32,000 bases of DNA from an uncultured Chloroflexia bacterium (GTDB lineage Bacteria > Chloroflexota > Ktedonobacteria > Ktedonobacterales > JADMIN01). A program made the translations under genes and the position numbers. Below, piece by piece: positions 29,085 through 32,000 of this stretch. The DNA is taken from positions 780,001 through 812,000 of the forward strand of contig CAVRAI010000015.1 in assembly GCA_963718915.1 (NCBI GenBank). The letters run 5' to 3'. The notes beneath the pieces are model-generated. The model worked only from the letters and a program-made list of their open reading frames with translations, searched no databases and had not been told where the DNA came from. Numbering within the stretch: the stretch's first letter is position 1; the number at the start of each line of letters is the position of its first letter.

Positions 29085-31022
29085 TTAGCTCACTGCCTGC
29101 CCGGCTGATCCTCCTCCGGCTGCTGGTATATCTTTGCCGCTGCCAACCGGTTCCCCGTAGTTGTATGGGCCGCTGGTGACGACGGGCATCTGTTCGAAGT
29201 TTTCGAGCGGTACGGGTGTTGGCACCAACCACTCGAGCGACTTCGCGCCCCACGGGTTGGCCACCGCCTTCTCACCCGCGACCCAGGATGCGATCACGTT
29301 GTAGAAGAAGACGATGATCGAGGCCGCCAGGAGGTACGCGAAGATGCTGGTGACGAAATTGGCGCCCGCGAAGACCGGCGAGTAGTCGGCGACACGGCGT
29401 GGCATTCCCTGGAGGCCAGCGTAGAGCATGGCGAGGAAGGCGACGTTGAAGCCAATCTGCGTGCCCCAGAAGTGAATCTTGCCCAGCCTCTCGTCCATCA
29501 TCCGGCCCGTCATCTTCGGGAACCAGAAGTAGACGGCGGCGAAGAAGCCCATCAGCGCGCCACCGACCATCGTATAGTGGAAGTGGGCAGTGACAAACAT
29601 ACCGCCATGCAACTGCACATCTGCGGGCACATCAGAGAGGAAGATGCCCGTGATGCCGCCAATCAGGAAGTTCCAGATGAATGAGAGGCCAAAGAGCATC
29701 GCGGTGGTCATCCAGAGGCGTCCACGCCAGAGCGTGCCCAGCGCCACCAGGAAGACCAGCCCGGTCGGGATGGAGATCATCTCCGTGGTCGCCATATAGA
29801 CAGGGCGAATCTCAGGCGCCCAGCCCGAGACAAACTCGTGGTGCGCCCAGACGAGGAAGCTCAAGACCACAACGCCCATGATGCCGAGCACTGCGGTCTT
29901 ATAGCCGAAGAGCGGCTTGCGACCGAAGACGACGAGGATGTCGATCACGATGCCAAAGGCTGGCAAGACGATCAGATAGACCTCGGGGTGGCCGAAGAAC
30001 CAGAACAGGTTCTGCGCCAGCCAGGCGTTACCACCACCCGCGCCGGCAGCGTCACCGCCGACCTGGTAGTAGAAGAAACTGGTCTTATAGGCGCGATCCA
30101 GGAGGATCAACACCAGGTCGGCCGAGAAGGAGCTGGTGCCGATGGCCGCCAGCAACGCCGCGCCAAAGATGCCCCAGACCGTCATTGGCAGGCGAGTCCA
30201 GGTCATGCCCCGCGTGCGCATCGTCAGCACGGTGGTGATGACATTGACCGCGCCCATGATCGAGGAAGCGCCGATGAGTAGGACGCCCGCCGCGAGCGAG
30301 GTCATGCCAACACCTGTCTGGTCAGCGAGTGGAGCATAGAGCGTCCAGCCGGTCTGCACGCCCCCACCCTGACCGTTCATGAGAACGAGGCCAAGGAAAG
30401 GCGTGAAGAAGAAGATAATCAGGCCGGGAATCAGCAACGCGATGCTCAGGGCATTCAGCCGTGGGAAGGCCATATCACGCGCGCCGATCATGATCGGCAC
30501 GATGAAGTTGCCAAACGGGCCAATGAAGAACGAGATCGTCGCCAGAATCATGATCATGCCATGCATGGTGACGATGGTGTTATAGGTGCCTGTCGGGAAT
30601 GCCTTCGCGCCTGGCGTAATCAACTCGGTGCGGATGAGCATGGCTCCCAGGCCGCCTAGCGCCAGCATAATCATCGTGACGACGAGATACTGGATGCCCA
30701 CCACCTTGTGGTCGGTGGTGAAGCGGAAGTAGCGCATGGCGCCGCCGTCTTTCCCGGCCAGACGCATCTCTTCTTCGTGGGTAGGATCTTTGCGGGCGAG
30801 TAGCCAGGTGAACGGATACTTGAGCGCGCCGATGCCGATCAGCCAGCCGAGGAGCAGGCCGATAAAGCCGATAATCAGCGCCTGTTCGTCGAAGTTGATG
30901 CCGCCAACATCGTTACCGACGCCACCCTTCTGGATGAAATCGGTGACAAATTTGTTGCCGATGATGTAGCCAATCGCGCCGAGGACGGCCCCAGAAAAGT
31001 AACTGGGAACGAGTTTCCGCAT
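29085..31022 (-). CDS. ctaD: Cytochrome c oxidase subunit I with an about 95-aa, two-TM N-terminal extension
   Basis: The core runs from ...RYFRFTTDHKVVGIQYLV... through ...WFFGHPEVYLIVLPAFG... and ...HHEFVSG... to ...FHYTMVGG.... ATG 31022 overlaps the ctaC TAA by 1 nt (TAATG). The extension MRKLVPSYFSGAVLGAIGYIIGNKF...ALIIGFIGLLLGWLIGIGAL is hydrophobic and coding-like. Confidence 0.9.
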   Translation of the reverse strand: MRKLVPSYFSGAVLGAIGYIIGNKFVTDFIQKGGVGNDVGGINFDEQALIIGFIGLLLGWLIGIGALKYPFTWLLARKDPTHEEEMRLAGKDGGAMRYFRFTTDHKVVGIQYLVVTMIMLALGGLGAMLIRTELITPGAKAFPTGTYNTIVTMHGMIMILATISFFIGPFGNFIVPIMIGARDMAFPRLNALSIALLIPGLIIFFFTPFLGLVLMNGQGGGVQTGWTLYAPLADQTGVGMTSLAAGVLLIGASSIMGAVNVITTVLTMRTRGMTWTRLPMTVWGIFGAALLAAIGTSSFSADLVLILLDRAYKTSFFYYQVGGDAAGAGGGNAWLAQNLFWFFGHPEVYLIVLPAFGIVIDILVVFGRKPLFGYKTAVLGIMGVVVLSFLVWAHHEFVSGWAPEIRPVYMATTEMISIPTGLVFLVALGTLWRGRLWMTTAMLFGLSFIWNFLIGGITGIFLSDVPADVQLHGGMFVTAHFHYTMVGGALMGFFAAVYFWFPKMTGRMMDERLGKIHFWGTQIGFNVAFLAMLYAGLQGMPRRVADYSPVFAGANFVTSIFAYLLAASIIVFFYNVIASWVAGEKAVANPWGAKSLEWLVPTPVPLENFEQMPVVTSGPYNYGEPVGSGKDIPAAGGGSAGQAVS

Positions 31023-31861
31023 TATGCAACCCACCCTTCCCGGATGCTATAGGATCGCGCGTCGGCATCCCGTGCCATCCAGGCCAGTGTATTTCCCTGG
31101 CCAGAGATGCGCGCCGATTCGCCAGATTGGAGCGTTGCGACCCAGGAATCAAAGAAATCGGGAGTAACAACCTGTACCGGTGTCTCCATGTAGGAGTGGT
31201 AGACACCGCAGAGTTCCGCGCAGCGTACCTCATAGTTGCCGACCTGTGTTGGTGTAGCGCTGATATGAGTCGTCTGTCCGGGAACGGCGTCCTGCTTGAC
31301 CGCGAACGCTGGAATCCAGAACGAGTGCTGCACGTCGGTCGAGGTAATGTCGAAGCGTACCGGTCGGTTGACGGGCAGAACCAGCGTTGTCGAGGAGATA
31401 TTGCCGTATTGTGGATAGTAGTAGTCCCAGAGCCACTGCTCGCCGTTGACTTTGATGACCAGTGTGTCTTGCGCGGATGCCGAAACCGTCTGGATCTGGT
31501 TATAGAAAGCCAGACCATAGCCAAAGAGGAAGATCACCAGAACAATGGAAATGAGCAACCAGGTGACCTGTAATGGCATGTGACCGCGAATTCCTGGGCC
31601 ATCACCATCTGGGCGGCCGCGCGACCGGAATGCGAACGCGGCGTAGCCTCCGAAGACGACCACCATCATGAAGACGGGAATCGAAAGGAGCGTAAACAGC
31701 CCCAGGACCTGATCGACATCCGAGGCTCGATTGGACGCGACGGCTGGTATTGATCCCCAACTGACGAGTTGTGGGCCAATGAACCAGGCGACCGCCAGGC
31801 CCACAATCGTGGCTATGAGCCAGATGATCGCGGCGCGTAGCAAATGTCTTGGTTCGTTCAT
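31022..31861 (-). CDS. ctaC: Cytochrome c oxidase subunit II (CuA; no fused cytochrome c domain)
   Basis: 279 aa with two N-terminal TM helices. The cupredoxin domain contains ...DVQHSFWIPAF... and the CuA motif CAELCGVYHSYM. Confidence 0.9.
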   Translation of the reverse strand: MNEPRHLLRAAIIWLIATIVGLAVAWFIGPQLVSWGSIPAVASNRASDVDQVLGLFTLLSIPVFMMVVVFGGYAAFAFRSRGRPDGDGPGIRGHMPLQVTWLLISIVLVIFLFGYGLAFYNQIQTVSASAQDTLVIKVNGEQWLWDYYYPQYGNISSTTLVLPVNRPVRFDITSTDVQHSFWIPAFAVKQDAVPGQTTHISATPTQVGNYEVRCAELCGVYHSYMETPVQVVTPDFFDSWVATLQSGESARISGQGNTLAWMARDADARSYSIREGWVA

Positions 31862-32000
31862 ATTGTATCTCTACCGTGCCTCTCTACTGCTTGCTGTGAA
31901 CTCAGCGACTGTAGCTGCCTCAGGCAACGAGATCACACGACATCAATGGTGCCGGACATGTAGCCTTTGGTAGACATCGGGCCGCCAAATCCATCGAAGC

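Noticed and set aside
31933-32000. A possible 3' end of another minus-strand CDS at the window edge (...FDGFGGPMSTKGYMSGTIDVV*).
   Set aside because: Only 22 codons are visible, which is too short to distinguish from chance.

Overview
High-GC bacterial chromosomal window (60-nt spot counts about 65% in core genes) with about 30 genes. All domain calls come from reading the translations and recalling family motifs; no database search was possible.

Core content:
- holB-clpB pair with a 4-nt overlap, a LON N-terminal-domain protein, and ubiX.
- An ABM-fold gene, a GNAT, a PaaI thioesterase, a GH92 glycosidase and a penicillin-acylase-family Ntn hydrolase.
- serS.
- A complete aa3-type cytochrome c oxidase operon on the minus strand: ctaC-ctaD-ctaE-ctaG-ctaB plus a TlpA-like thiol-disulfide oxidoreductase.

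The core is interrupted by short lower-GC islets: about 3430-4100, 8513-10760, 17240-17953, 19200-19670 and 22290-22530/23150-23600.

Most interesting locus: the 2.2-kb islet at 8513-10760 (spot counts 43-47% GC). It holds a single 606-aa ORF that reads as CBS pair + Swt1-like HEPN RNase (RNDLAH, an Rx4H motif) + a small 'YAPL...LTFSEIE' module + a DUF4268-like C-terminus. I read this as a candidate ligand-gated, single-protein RNase or defence effector with no partner gene.

Other notable points:
- A hicAB toxin-antitoxin islet abuts serS.
- Four genes are disrupted, each in a way repairable by deleting one nucleotide: a tandem winged-helix regulator, clpB, the ABM gene and serS. serS also carries an in-frame TAG.
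- A diverged relic of a clpB 3' end lies 1.8 kb from the real clpB 3' end.
- clpB has lost its native stop and runs into lower-GC DNA that carries a perfect 2 x 21-bp tandem duplication and an overlapping small ORF.
- A two-hairpin REP-like element occurs twice.

No rRNA, tRNA, CRISPR array, transposase or integrase was seen.
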